DNA of 64,000 nucleotides from Cirrosporium novae-zelandiae (Eukaryota): NCBI GenBank assembly GCA_026023565.1, contig JAPETS010000022.1, positions 496,001 to 560,000 of the forward strand, read 5' to 3'. Shown piece by piece: positions 13,552 to 24,990 of this stretch (position 1 is its first letter; each line of letters starts with the position of its first letter). The notes under the pieces were generated by a model. It saw only the letters and a program-made list of their open reading frames with translations, ran no database searches and was not told where the DNA came from. The position numbers and the translations under genes were made by a program.

Positions 13552-14550
13552 ATGCCTCTCCCCCACAACCCCATCGCCCAACTCCTCTCAACGCGTACGA
13601 CGATAATACTCGACGGCGCTCTAGCTACAGAACTCGAATCCCGCGGTTTAGATCTCAATGACCCAATCTGGTCCGCCAAAGCGCTAATCTCGAACCCGTC
13701 CGTCATCCGTGCCGTGCACCTGGACTACTTCCTTGCGGGCGCCGATGTTGCCATAACCGCCAGCTACCAGGCCACGCCGCTCGGCCTGCAGCAGCACCTA
13801 GGTCTCAGCGCACAAGAATCTGAAACCTTAATCCGGAAGAGCGTGGTGCTTGCGCAGGAGGCGCGCGATGAGGCGCTCAAGCTGCTGGAAGCGGAGAACC
13901 TCGAATCGGGATGTTCACCTAATAGCAATAAAACCCTTCTCATAGCCGGCAGCGTGGGGCCCTATGGTGCCTACCTAGCCAACGGCTCCGAATACCGTGG
14001 CGACTACATCCTCTCCGCAGAGAACATGAAGGCCTTCCATCGCCCTCGCATCAATGCCCTCACGGCAGGCGGCATTGATCTCTTAGCCTGTGAAACCCTT
14101 CCCTCTTTTCCCGAAATTGTGGCCTTGATCTCCCTTCTGCAAGAGGAATTCCCCTCCGTCCCCGCCTGGTTCTCCTTTACCCTGAAGGATGCTTCACATA
14201 TCTCCGATGGAACGAACCTGGAGGAGGTGGTGAAGCGACTGGATGGTGTGGAGCAGGTCGTCGCGATTGGTATTAACTGCGTGGAGGGACAATTGGGCGT
14301 GCGCGCTGTGGCGGAGGTGAAGAGGTGGACGAGAAAACCAGTGGTGCTCTATCCAAATTCGGGAGGGGAGTGGGATCCGGTAAGGAAGGTATGGTTGTGT
14401 GGGGGTGGGGCGGGGGGAGAGGGGAGGGTCGAGGAGGTTGAGAGGTGGTGTAGGTCCGGGGCTAGGTTGGTGGGGGGATGTTGTCGCACGGCGCCTCAGG
14501 ATATAAAGGTGATTAAGAGAGTTTGTGAAACTGGAAAAGTGCATTTATAG
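13552..14550 (+). CDS. SAM4: Homocysteine S-methyltransferase (MmuM/SAM4/MHT1 family), 332 aa, intronless
   Basis: ILDGALATELE, ITASYQA, IAGSVGPYGAYLANGSEYRGDY, LACETLPS, Zn ligands GINC and GGCCRT. Confidence 0.95.
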   Translation: MPLPHNPIAQLLSTRTTIILDGALATELESRGLDLNDPIWSAKALISNPSVIRAVHLDYFLAGADVAITASYQATPLGLQQHLGLSAQESETLIRKSVVLAQEARDEALKLLEAENLESGCSPNSNKTLLIAGSVGPYGAYLANGSEYRGDYILSAENMKAFHRPRINALTAGGIDLLACETLPSFPEIVALISLLQEEFPSVPAWFSFTLKDASHISDGTNLEEVVKRLDGVEQVVAIGINCVEGQLGVRAVAEVKRWTRKPVVLYPNSGGEWDPVRKVWLCGGGAGGEGRVEEVERWCRSGARLVGGCCRTAPQDIKVIKRVCETGKVHL

Positions 14551-14642
14551 TTATATATCTATTCCACTGGACTAGCGAGTCATACATAGTGAGGATAAGC
14601 GATTAGATTAGATCTAATTAATTGAAAATTTCAAAAAGGTAA

Positions 14643-14720
14643 TTACCCAGTAAATTAAGCTTAATTACTTTAATCGAGCTACCCTGCCGATCCCGATCCC
14701 GACCCCGATCCCGATCCCGA
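14643..14720 (+). repeat. Dispersed repeat copy A: TTACCCAGTAAATTAAGCTTAATTACTTT followed by (GATCCC)n
   Basis: Matches copy B at 19759-19815 in direct orientation. Confidence 0.7.
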
Positions 14721-17376
14721 GCCACCTAATCTTTACCCCCGCCTCCTAACCTTCGAAAGAAACTTAGACCAAGGTTCATTCCTTACCCTGCACCCATAAA
14801 GACTATCCGTCTACCAATCTAGCTGGGTGGGGGTGATTTATTTAAAAGAAAGAGATGATTGGTAAATAAATGCTTGAGAGAGAAAGGGTGGAATTTGAGG
14901 TCTAGGTAGTTATATGTTACGGATGCCAAGCCACATGCAAATCACCCCTGCCTACAGATAGCTGAGCTGGCACATTAGATTATAGACCTCAAGTCAACAT
15001 ATCCGCATCAGTCATACACCTAGATCTATGTCTTATAAGAGACATATCCTAGACATCGTGACGCCGCCCGATTTTGTGGTTTTCTAGTCCAAGGCCGTCT
15101 GATTAATAAATATCGCTCCACCCCTGCTCCAAAGCCTCAGAAAAAATCTATGGCTCGAGTAAAATCTCTAACGTAACTGACTTAAGGTTGGACAATGATC
15201 AGGAGTTGGCATAAGAGGTTGGAGCGGGGAGCAAACAACATTTGGTGAAAGTGACCAACTCACTCCCAGTATTGACGTTATTTTCTTTTTCTTCGGCTAT
15301 CTAGACTATTTTTATGTTGTAGCTCGGGTCTATTATCTTTTAAACTGTTTCAATTGCCAAGTATTATCCTAGCGTTTCCCTATTACAATGCCTAGGATTT
15401 GGGCTCATTAGGGCTCAGATCTACGTGTATAACTAATGTGGGTATCACGACTGAGGTTTAGAATCTAAGGTGGAGGGAGCTTTAGCTGTAGAAATAGTTA
15501 GGCCTCTGTATCCAGTAACTCCATGTGTCGCTTTCCCGTAATATTATTGGTAGAAGCTAATTAATGAAGTCAACCCCCACTTTCCAGGAACACCTAAGCT
15601 CGTACCGCTGTATCACAGATAGAAGATCTAAAGGAGAGGGGTAGGAAGCGCCAAAAGGAGTCAGGGTCTGGTGTGGAGGGCATACGAATGTGGTGCTGAG
15701 AGAAATGCGGGGTAAAGGAGAAGTACAAAGAGAAAACCAGGTTTCAGTTGATATATTACTGCAGATATTACAATTGAAGCACACTAATGTTACCCATAAC
15801 TCCCGTAGAACTTTATCTACACTATCGTATACCGATCCTTGACGCCGCTGTACGGCACCCAAAAACAACTGAGCAGGGATCATGCGGGGCCATCCGTATC
15901 ACGCTGCGATTAGGGTGGCTTTATAAATCCCGATAATTATTCTCGTAAGCCTATTTAGCTGCTTTTGGAAATCGATCCGGTAACCTTTTTCTTACCGCCA
16001 CCAGATCTTACACCCGCAAGGAGCTCGTCTTGGTAGTATATACTCGATTGCTTTTCCTACATGTTGGATATAACGCCTTACAACTTAAGCCACGGATCAT
16101 AATAGTTCCGGCTTGTGCCAAGCGTACTACACAAGAACTTCTATATTCACGACTCCTTTACAAGATGAACTCTTTAAGAGCAATCTATTGCATATTGGTA
16201 AGCTTAGGACTGCAAATACAAACGTACAAGGGTTTTTAAATGTGTTCTGTATTTTTTAAGTTCTAATCCGCTGAGAGGTAATATATGTACTAGGCAAACC
16301 ATGCAAATATATCCCCTAACCGTAACTGGTTAGGTTCGACAACTTGTCCAAGAAAACACCTTGGTTCAGCAATCCGTACCACATATCTTATACCTTGGCT
16401 TGCATCTCAGTTCTCTTCTGATACGAAACCCACACCCTAAGCCTACGGTTACAGTCTTACAGGGTATCATCAGATCTTCAACCACCAAACACTTGCTTTG
16501 TCGTAATGACGCTGTAGTTACCCATTTTAGTTTTTGCTTTTTTTTTTCTCAGCCAGCCCTGGTGCCTATTGAACCAAGAAAAGACTATTATCTCAGTTTT
16601 CTGGGCGTCAAATTATAGCCCGTGATTTTGTTTTCACCTTACTGTCGCGTTGGCTACTCCTTGAATGGCTTTCAGAGCCTTGGCGGTTACTTGAAAAAAT
16701 GTTAAGGAAACATTGCACATGTTTTAAAATACGCTACAACATAACGAAACAGAGGCAACAATTTACTCATCCATTCTTGCATTATTTGAATGGACCCACT
16801 ATTTTACTAGGGTCTTAGTTGTCTATGTTGACTAATAATTTCCAGTTTCGTCGCTATTCTTCCTTTTATAACTTCTCTCACAGTATTTCATAGAAATAAC
16901 TAACAGAATAACTATGTATAGCTAGTGCGCATAGACCGTAAATGTAGGTCTTTACGAAAATTTTAGGATGAATGAGTAACCTGTATCCACTGTTGCACAA
17001 AGCGTGAACCCCACTTCGACCCGCTCAACTTGTTGAACCGACAGAAACATGCTTAATGGCTGATTCTATATGCAGACGGCCGAAACAAAACAGGTGGTCT
17101 TGGTCATTCATTCATTGGATAGACAATCATTGGTCTACTATATCACATAGGGGTCTATGGCGTGAAAAGATGCGGGGTTTAGTCTAGCTAGATGGAATAT
17201 CAGTCCTCGCTAGCCGACTTAGAAGGATCTGGGAGATATATAATCGGCCTCTGCCATAGCTTCATTCTCTTCCTCCTTTATCCCCAAAGTGAAAGGACCT
17301 TGATGAGGACAGCAAACCCCGAACTTCAAGTTGAATCAACGAAACCACCAAACGAAAAAAAGCAACATAAGCAGTC

Positions 17377-18581
17377 ATGGCGTCAATCCTACTAGAAAAT
17401 GGGGTGGCCGACTACCCTATCTCGAAGGATATGTCTTTGACAGGCATCTGGAACTATATTCCTAACAGCAAGGGACCAGTGATCGCCGCAAAACAGGATG
17501 CTCTGGATATATCTCGTAGCCAGCCGGGTGCATATAATCAATGGACGATGCTGTCCATTCAGCATCAATTGCAAGCCCAGGGTGGAGCTGTTATGGTTTT
17601 CGATATCAAATACGATTCCATTCATGTAAGTTTGCACTTGACACTTCATTCTTCTAGTCACTTAGCACATGTCTAACAGTAATGGCCTCCTAGTCAGCTA
17701 CAGAGGTCAAGCTGACCCTCGCATGCGGGATGATCCTCCGCTATGATGGGAAAGCCCTATATTACTGCTGGTGGGATAACGGCTTTCACGACTTGAAGCA
17801 ATCAACTATCAAGATTGGCGACGGTAACTTCTACAAGGTTACGATGTGCATATCCCCAGACACGATCTATATATTTGAGAACGGCGATCAAATTGGCGTG
17901 TGGAATACGAAGACATCTTCGCCGTTTCAGCCAATGTTCGATTGGCAGATACTGGAGTCCGACGCAACGCTACAAGCGACGCTCTCGAATATCATGGTGA
18001 TGCCGCCCTTGTTTGTGCTGAGTGTTAAAACACTATGGGACATTGTGTTCGCGAACGAACGCGAAACGCTTGCCCAGTGGGAGATCACAAAGCAGAAAGA
18101 CGATCCAATTCCCATCACTTTCCCAGAGGACGGATACATGCGGGCCGCGACGAGCAAGCTCAGCACCTATAACTCCTGGGTGTACACGCAAGGAAAATCC
18201 CAGGTTCCCAGCGTTGGAGTCCTCATGTACCGCATGCGCGTCAACGAGTCAGGAGGCAGCGAGACAAAAATCACGATTTTCGGACAGTATATACTGCGGA
18301 TTACGAAAAGTGGACAGCAGGTGGAATGGGACCTGTACACCAACGGCGGCTTTGTCAAGCAAGCAGACAGCTCGATCATGGTAGGCAACCCCGCGTGGAC
18401 GGTTGTCATGCTCGTCTACTCGCAGAAGTCCGTCACGCTATTCGAGAATGGTGTGGCGATGTTTTCCCAGAAGTGGAGTTCCACTCCATCATTGACTCCT
18501 GTATTCCATGTTCAGCATTTGGACACCAACACTGCCGTCTCTGTGGATCTTAGCCACGTGCGTTGTTTACCTAAGGCTTAA
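17377..18581 (+). CDS. Orphan ~378 aa protein of two homologous ~185 aa beta-rich repeats (ConA-like/lectin-like fold suspected); no signal peptide
   Basis: Exon 1 17377-17625, intron 17626..17693 (GTAAGT, CTAAC, TAG), exon 2 in frame with ORF 17730..18581. Repeat pairs: AYNQW/TYNSW, TEVKLTL/SETKITI, ILR/ILR, STIKIGD/SSIMVGN, FENG/FENG, FQPMF/LTPVF, TLSNI/DLSHV. Confidence 0.8.
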
Positions 18582-18600
18582 AGGGTTGCTTGACTGTGCG

Positions 18601-18696
18601 CAGGGAAGGGGATAGACTAGACTGACTAGACCTGGGCCATTGGTCGGGTCGGCCGGGGTCAGACCGGCTATTTAGTCTGGTCCATTCCCTTCCCTG
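18601..18696. mobile_element. 96 bp hAT-type MITE relic
   Basis: 25 bp terminal inverted repeats starting CAGGGAAGGG (21/25 identical, all four differences transitions); 8 bp flanks ACTGTGCG / ACCATGCG fit a decayed target-site duplication. Confidence 0.75.
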
Positions 18697-19167
18697 ACCA
18701 TGCGTCTCGCTTCTTATCAGAGTCAGCTTTTACTGCTCACACACACACACACACACACACAATCTCCCTCTTCAGTTATCTACATTTCAATTCCTTCCAA
18801 CAAAAAAGCTCGAGCTTCAACATCGCAGCAAGAGTTACTCATTCAACTGGGCACTCACTACCTAAAGGAGGGCCCGTTGCTCACGCCTCCTTATATATTC
18901 ACCTGCTCGTCCATAGATTGGAATGAAAAAATTTCCATACTGATTTTGTCTCTTCCTTCAATAAAAGCATTTTCATTATAAACCCTTAATTAAAAGAAAA
19001 AAGAATATTATCATCTCCATAAAAAAAAATCCTATAGAATTCTCTCAAGCTTTAGATCTCTCTCCTGAACTTGTCTCCCATAAAGGGGAGGAGACGGACT
19101 CCTTAACAATATTCTATCCTCACAGCTTTGGCTTGCTTCGTCTCCTAGTTATTTTCCCTTCTCTTCT

Positions 19168-19295
19168 TACACGGACATGTATAGTAGCCTAGTAACCCAC
19201 CCACCCAGTCCTGCAAAATCACTTTGTATACATAAATAAAAATTATTATTATTAGGGTTGGGTTGGGTGCTTAGGGTTATCGTAGACGCTGTATA
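19168..19295. mobile_element. Possible degenerate TA-bounded MITE
   Basis: About 40 bp imperfect inverted arms (TACACGGACATGTATAGTAGCCTAGTAACCCACCCACCC vs reverse complement TATACAGCGTCTACGATAACCCTAAGCACCCAACCCAACCC), mismatches mostly transitions, AT-rich interior. Confidence 0.4.
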
Positions 19296-19758
19296 GGTCT
19301 TGGTACGGTATTGTAAGGGTAGAGACTATATAGTCGGTATAGATAAGATAAGATATGATAACAGCGGTATACTGGTGGGACTTCCATGCGTGCAAGACAC
19401 AAAGAGATGTTGATAGCTTAGGTTTGCCCGCCGTTGAGTTAGATGCAACAGTCGAATGTATATTAACCTGACAAACTCACTTCGGCACCGTTTTTTTTTT
19501 TCAAAAAGCTACTGCCGACCGAGTGTCTCGCATTATAACCGGATGGAGGCTTGCTTGCATTGAGCTTTCCGACCAAGTATTTTATAGAAGGCTCGTATTT
19601 TGAGATTTCTAATTGAAATTTTAAATAAAATCTATCTATATATATTATTAGAATTGATGATAGGAAATGGTTGGTGAAGTGGATGACGTAGGAAGTTGGA
19701 TTTTTAGTGGGTGATTAACTACTGTATAATTAGGTTGGCACGTGGTCGGTTAATTACG

Positions 19759-19815
19759 TTACCCGAGTCAATTAAGCTTAATCTACTTTCTGATCCCGAT
19801 CCCGATCCCGATCCC
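19759..19815 (+). repeat. Dispersed repeat copy B: TTACCCGAGTCAATTAAGCTTAATCTACTTT followed by (GATCCC)4
   Basis: Direct match to 14643-14720. Confidence 0.7.
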
Positions 19816-20222
19816 TATCAGCGAAACTAAAAAAAGAACGTTAACCAAAATTGATATATTTTTTCAAGATCTTTCTAGTGGGATGTAATATTCATTGACC
19901 TTGGAGGAAAAGACGATGCCAGTAGAATACCAACATTCACCACCCCTCCTAGTCTAGATTTGAATATAACGCATTATACCACCCTAGATTGTTGGAACGA
20001 TTTGAGCCCCCTTTCAGAAACCGTAACACCATGATAGCTGTATGCGATCCTGCAGACGCTATTGCTTTGCTTATCTCCATGGCTTCAAAAATATAAGTAA
20101 TGATTGGATCGGCTATTGAAGGATATTTTTAACCATAGATTGTCCCTAACCATCAATCATGCGTCATACCCTTCCAGAATTTCGTCACTTTCTTTTCTAT
20201 CACTCTTCCCGGGATGGGGCCA

Positions 20223-21012
20223 TCAGTATGGAAGAAGACCTTCTGTTGGAGGTTGTTGGAGTAAACAGCGCAAGAGCGCTGTCAGCATAAAACCGCCGAA
20301 AGTAGTGACCAGAGGAAAGAAAGGCACAATCTCGCAAAGAGACCCCCCTAGATTCTGAAGAACGAGAATCGAGAATAGGAGTACGATCCCTAGGAGGAAC
20401 AATATGTAACTTTGTATTGCATTAGTAAATACTATTAAAGTAGCTTCGACTAGAGAGACCAAGCAATAGATCGCAAGGCAAACATACAGTCGCGGGTTTC
20501 GACACGCAATACCGTTCTGAATAACTGTTACCGACGTAGTGCTTAACCAAAGAGCATAAAACCTAGAAAGCTTTTAAGACACAACCATATTAAAGGTTTC
20601 AAGTATGACCTACCCATAATAAATCCTTCCACTTATATGCTGATAATCTCTGACTTGTATTATGACAATTGCTGATCCAAGCATCACCCCTTCTGCCAAT
20701 ACAAGGGCTAATTTGTATATTAGAATAAACAAGGGAAGAAGAAGACGAATATAGTCAGTGCACAACTGAAATATTCGATCGGAAAAAGAGACTGTAAATC
20801 TGTTGGGTGACGAATGTGCTGAAGCTGCCTCAATATCTCCGTTGGGTCGTGGTTCAGTCTGTGGTGCGATTAGGATAGAGTAGAAGCAACCAACACATTA
20901 GGAATCTGACTTCAACTCCCCAATTATCTGGATCTCTTCGGGATATTGCGGTTGGCGTTCTCGTTTGGCAAAGTAGTGTATTGCCATATTGATTAGATTG
21001 AAACGTTGCCAT
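20223..21012 (-). CDS. Hypothetical multi-exon membrane protein (model uncertain)
   Basis: ATG 21012 MATFQSNQ...; plausible GT-AG introns; hydrophobic segments LVLAEGVMLGSAIVIIQV, FYALWLSTTSV, YILFLLGIVLLFSILVL, IVPFFPLVTTFGGFMLTALL; one splice junction not resolved. Confidence 0.4.
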
Positions 21013-21221
21013 TTTGGCCCTTAAAAACAGGATCGAGGAACGAAGTTCAGCTTTATTCTTCAACGTTGGAAAATCTAAGTTTATATGAATAAATAGTTGG
21101 TGGTATAAAATAGGTAGACTGCGGAATAGATTGTAGTAAAAATATTTTATAAATTCGTTTAGAATCAGGTTATATAAGAACAGAAAAGGAAAAAAAAAGG
21201 CCAAAGGCACGCGGGGATGGC

Positions 21222-21481
21222 TGTTATGGATCTCCGGTGGCTCCTTGGTGGTTCCCTGATGGCCTATAGCGATTCCCTAGTGTGACTCGTTGGTGATTCG
21301 CTGGTGGTTCCCTGATAGCCCCATAGCGATTCCCTAGTAACTCGCTGGTGATTTCCGATGAGGAAGAAGGGCTTTCGCCGATTTTTGGAGGGGGAATTAA
21401 TGACCCCGAGCGCCGAAAGTTTTCGATTTTGTTGTGAAATAACATTCACTTGATGGTCGGGGAAGAAAAGGGTGCGTAACA
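21222..21481. mobile_element. LTR-like relic with internal degenerate ~11 bp (GGTGATTCCCT-like) tandem units
   Basis: Begins TGTTATGGATC, ends GGTGCGTAACA (imperfect inverted ends); purine-rich run just upstream; a ~57 bp higher-order unit occurs twice at 21248-21356; no TSD found. Confidence 0.45.
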
Positions 21482-21729
21482 AGTAGTTGTATTTCCTTAA
21501 GGGACTACTAAGTATAGGTGTCCCCTTTTGTGGTGCAGACTTAGCCAGGGTGCCTAAGGTACACATGCGGTGCGCATGCGGTCTATCTACGGTCGTCCTA
21601 CTACTAAGTGGACCTCTTAGGATATTATTTACAACAGATTTCTTTAATTACCTAGTAAAATTAGCTGTAAACAAAGAAAAACGCGTACCATCTATCTTTA
21701 TTTTTTTTAATTTGGTAACACTTGCTTTT

Positions 21730-21920
21730 TCTATTATCTCTATCACCACCTTCATCACCACCTCTATCACCACCTTTATTGTCATTTTCATCATCACCAC
21801 CTCCATTATTATTTTTATCACCACCTTAATCATTACTTTTATCATCACCACCTTTATTACTACTTTCATCACCATCTTCATCACTATTTTTATTACCATT
21901 ATTTCTATTCTTATTTTCAT
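21730..21920. repeat. Decayed 12 bp tandem repeat (TTCATCACCACC-like) with heavy C-to-T drift
   Basis: Units vary ttcatcaccacc / tctatcaccacc / tttattactact; AT-rich flanks. Confidence 0.75.
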
Positions 21921-23570
21921 TTTGAATATTAGTTTGACCCGTTTATATTCGATATATATTGAATGTATTCACGGAGTAGTGGTTACATTTAAGTTTTAAT
22001 CTACAGTAAAATTAATGACGCTACTCTCTAAAAGTGAATCAACATTTGACTTTAATCTAGGGAAAATCTCCAAGTCGACTACCATTTAGTCTACTTACTG
22101 TAATGTCATTCAATACCACATCCACACCGGTTCTAAAAATCTATAATTCTTTCCTTCGTGTTTTATACCTACCAAAACCCTCTATAGGCAACAATACCAA
22201 ATCCCTCTCTAGTATATAGTAATACTAATTTCTCTTGCGATCCCACCCATCTCTGATGGGTCATGGCAGACCCCCCACAGCATGAGCTTTTAAAAGGAGC
22301 ACCAAAGCAACTCTCTAATTAATACCTTGATGATGCATACATAGGCCATCACTAGCCCCCTCTTATTATCGATGATGCAACAACTCCACGGCCGAACCTT
22401 CCCCAAGAGGAATTCCTTTTCGAGCTGTCTATCTATCCAGAAACGCTCGCTAAATCCCGCCCTTTTCGTTCCTCGACAGTCCTAAAGGCTATCGAGGATA
22501 TACCATCATGCAGATACAGGTATCCGTGCTGGGGATAGGAAAAAATATATTCTTTTAGGGTGTAATGTCAGCTGGTTTTCTCAGAAGGAGAGAGAGAGAA
22601 GGCTGAAGAGAGAAGAGCCTGCCCTAGACAGTAGAGATATAGATGAAGTGGGGGGAAATATTATTTGCTTCGGACAAAAGTCGATGAAATTTGTTCTTTG
22701 TTGGTCGGTGTTGATATTTGGGGGATGGGGATAGATATGAAATCATCTGTTCGTTACTATAATACCAAGGGGATTTCAACATGGAACGGTTGGATATCCT
22801 TTTGGAGTATCACTAACAGTTATCTCCAATTAGAAGACCATGAATATAAAAATTGGCTTTGAACCATCTATGCCTACTAATGTGTCTATACGCCCAAGTA
22901 TAGAGGGTTTACTTTTTCATGTAGATACGTCCTAACTGGTGAGATTGGAACATCAGAAAAGATTGGATGTAAATGGAACTTGGTTTATATTTAGGTATAG
23001 CTAATTAACCAGAAGATATAACATGGATGGTAGGACCAGATGGATAAGGAGCAGGGGAGGGGCATCTACGAGGAAAATATGGGCATCATAATGAATCCAT
23101 CCTCCTACTACATGCTTGAATGTGTCGACCGCGATATGATGTTGAGTCCTAAAAGTGAGGATCAAGTAAAGTTGGAGTGGACGTAATATATGGAAGGGGT
23201 CGTATAGGTAAGCAGAAATTTGCTGTGAGAGAATGCTGGAAGGCAAACGCACCTATGTCTGGGGTCGTCCGGCAATACCGTCAAATGTACTAGATGAAAC
23301 AAGGTTAGTGGTATAAGCCAGCTAGAAGTGAGCCACAATCATGTATGCACCGTCAGACAGAATAATCGTTGCAGGGACCCCGAACTCCATCTTTCCTACT
23401 CATGGTTCCCTTCTAGATCCACCTGCGTTTGGTAGAGTCTAATGCTCTGATGCTGAATGCTATATGTAAGAGAGGAGCAGCCTTATACTCCAGACTGCCC
23501 TAACCAATCCATCAATTTACCATGTACCATGTACCAAGTCCTCGTAATACCATCAAATACCGTCGTTCAA

Positions 23571-24368
23571 TCATTGTCCTGAGAGAGCCATGTATGTACC
23601 ATACTGATGCTCAATCGGCCGCTTGTCAGAGCCATGCCGCCACCATTGCTGTCCCTTCTGGTAGACCGGATCAGTTGCAGGATTATAACTCCGATCCATG
23701 GTGTAGTCTGGCTGATTCGGCGCCCAAGTCTCGTATAGAGAACACATGTATGGTTCCGCTCCATTCGTATCCTCCATTCCATTCCAAACATGAGCCCCAT
23801 CACCAGTCGACTTATGTTCTGGTGTCCTTACTTCCTCCATTGTAGTCTCAGAGCTAACACTCTCTGGCCCAGAGCCGATCATATCCATGTCTGAGTTTTG
23901 TTCCGTCACCACCATCTCTTCCTCCGACCTATGATTCTCTGTAGTCGAAGCCTTGTTGGCATGGGAAGCTACTAGATGAGCTGAATGGTTATAGTGCTGA
24001 GAAATGAAAACGATAGGCTGTTCCTCCTGTTGTTGTTGTTGCTGCTGCTGCTGTGGCGGTACTGACTGAGTAGAATTCGAGGTTAATGTGGGGTTCGATG
24101 AATCCAACATCATCTTGCTAGAGAACTCGGCGACTAAATCATCCTGAAGCATTTCTCTGCTGTCACCGACGCTTACACCACACTGCGAGAGTTAGGACAT
24201 GCAAAGGTTTAGATGGTAAAAAGAGTGAAAGAAATCGAGGGTTCAAATTCCAACAAAACGCACATTCCGGCAGGTGACATTGTCGATAAATACAAAAGGC
24301 GAAACAAGCCTCTCATCATCACAGTTGCAATGATCACAGTGATAGCGGAAGATTTGCCACTCAGACAT
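23571..24368 (-). CDS. Hypothetical protein with N-terminal CxxC...CxxC (Zn-ribbon-like), polyQ tract and fungal-type motifs
   Basis: ATG 24368 MSEWQIFRYHCDHCNCDDERLVSPFVFIDNVTCRN, intron (GTGCGT, CTAAC, CAG), then CGVSVGDSRE in frame with ORF 23571..24152; motifs QPIVFISQHYNHSAH, AEPYM, YNPATDPVY, IEHQYG. Confidence 0.8.
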
Positions 24369-24990
24369 TGTGTTGCTGTTGGCCGATAGACACGTAAGTT
24401 GAGGGGAAAGGATTGAGGGGATTGTGGAGGGATATGGAGAGAGTGAGAAGATTTGTTTTGATTGAAGATTCTATCCTAAGTAAGTTAGGAGCTGATATAT
24501 CAAACCAGAGATTCCTATGAAGAAATAGAAGAGCCAGACCGTTCAAAATTATTAAAGATCGAAAGAAGTATTCATTCAAATACTGGGAAAGGGAAGGGAA
24601 ATGATGCCCAATACGTGGTACTAAGTCGTAACTGGTAGATCATGTACAGTTGTTCAGCGGGTGACATCTGATAACCGCCTAACCTATTTAGGCCCTAGAG
24701 TCGGCAACTTCCATTTTATCCATGTTCTCGACCTACAACGCGTTTACAGAGCTGCCTTATCCTATAAGCTCTAGAGCTAAGAAGAGAAATATTGACGTCT
24801 TTTTCCTAGAAAGGACTGACTCCTTCTCTCCTTGACCTCCCCATTATCTCTACCACTCCAGGTTCTAAATATCAGCTTTTTCATAGCCACTATTCGAGCT
24901 TGTCGAACTGCTGTATCCACAGCACTTCAAGCAACCCACCTCAGCTAGAGCTTTTGATCCTCTTACTTCCTCCACAATAATTCAATCACT

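Noticed and set aside
19271..19279. TTAGGGTTA (reverse complement of the telomerase template TAACCCTAA); also at ~44644
   Set aside because: One lies in a degenerate MITE arm and the other just before a pseudogene; no pseudoknot or CR4/5 support, and a 9-mer occurs by chance
21236..21360. Repeat array that superficially resembles CRISPR
   Set aside because: Eukaryotic context, no unique spacers, no cas genes
21487..21999. 170 aa Ile/Thr/Phe-rich ORF and antisense 90 aa ORF
   Set aside because: Translations of a decayed tandem repeat
22440..22525. snR30/U17-like ending (ACCAT...GCAG..ACA) on the plus strand
   Set aside because: Conserved m1 AUAUUCCUA and m2 AAACCAU motifs do not match, and G-U pairing favours the other strand
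24353..24360. GTGGCAAA (PACE/Rpn4-like) upstream of PRE10
   Set aside because: Lies inside the coding start of the divergent gene, ~630 bp from PRE10
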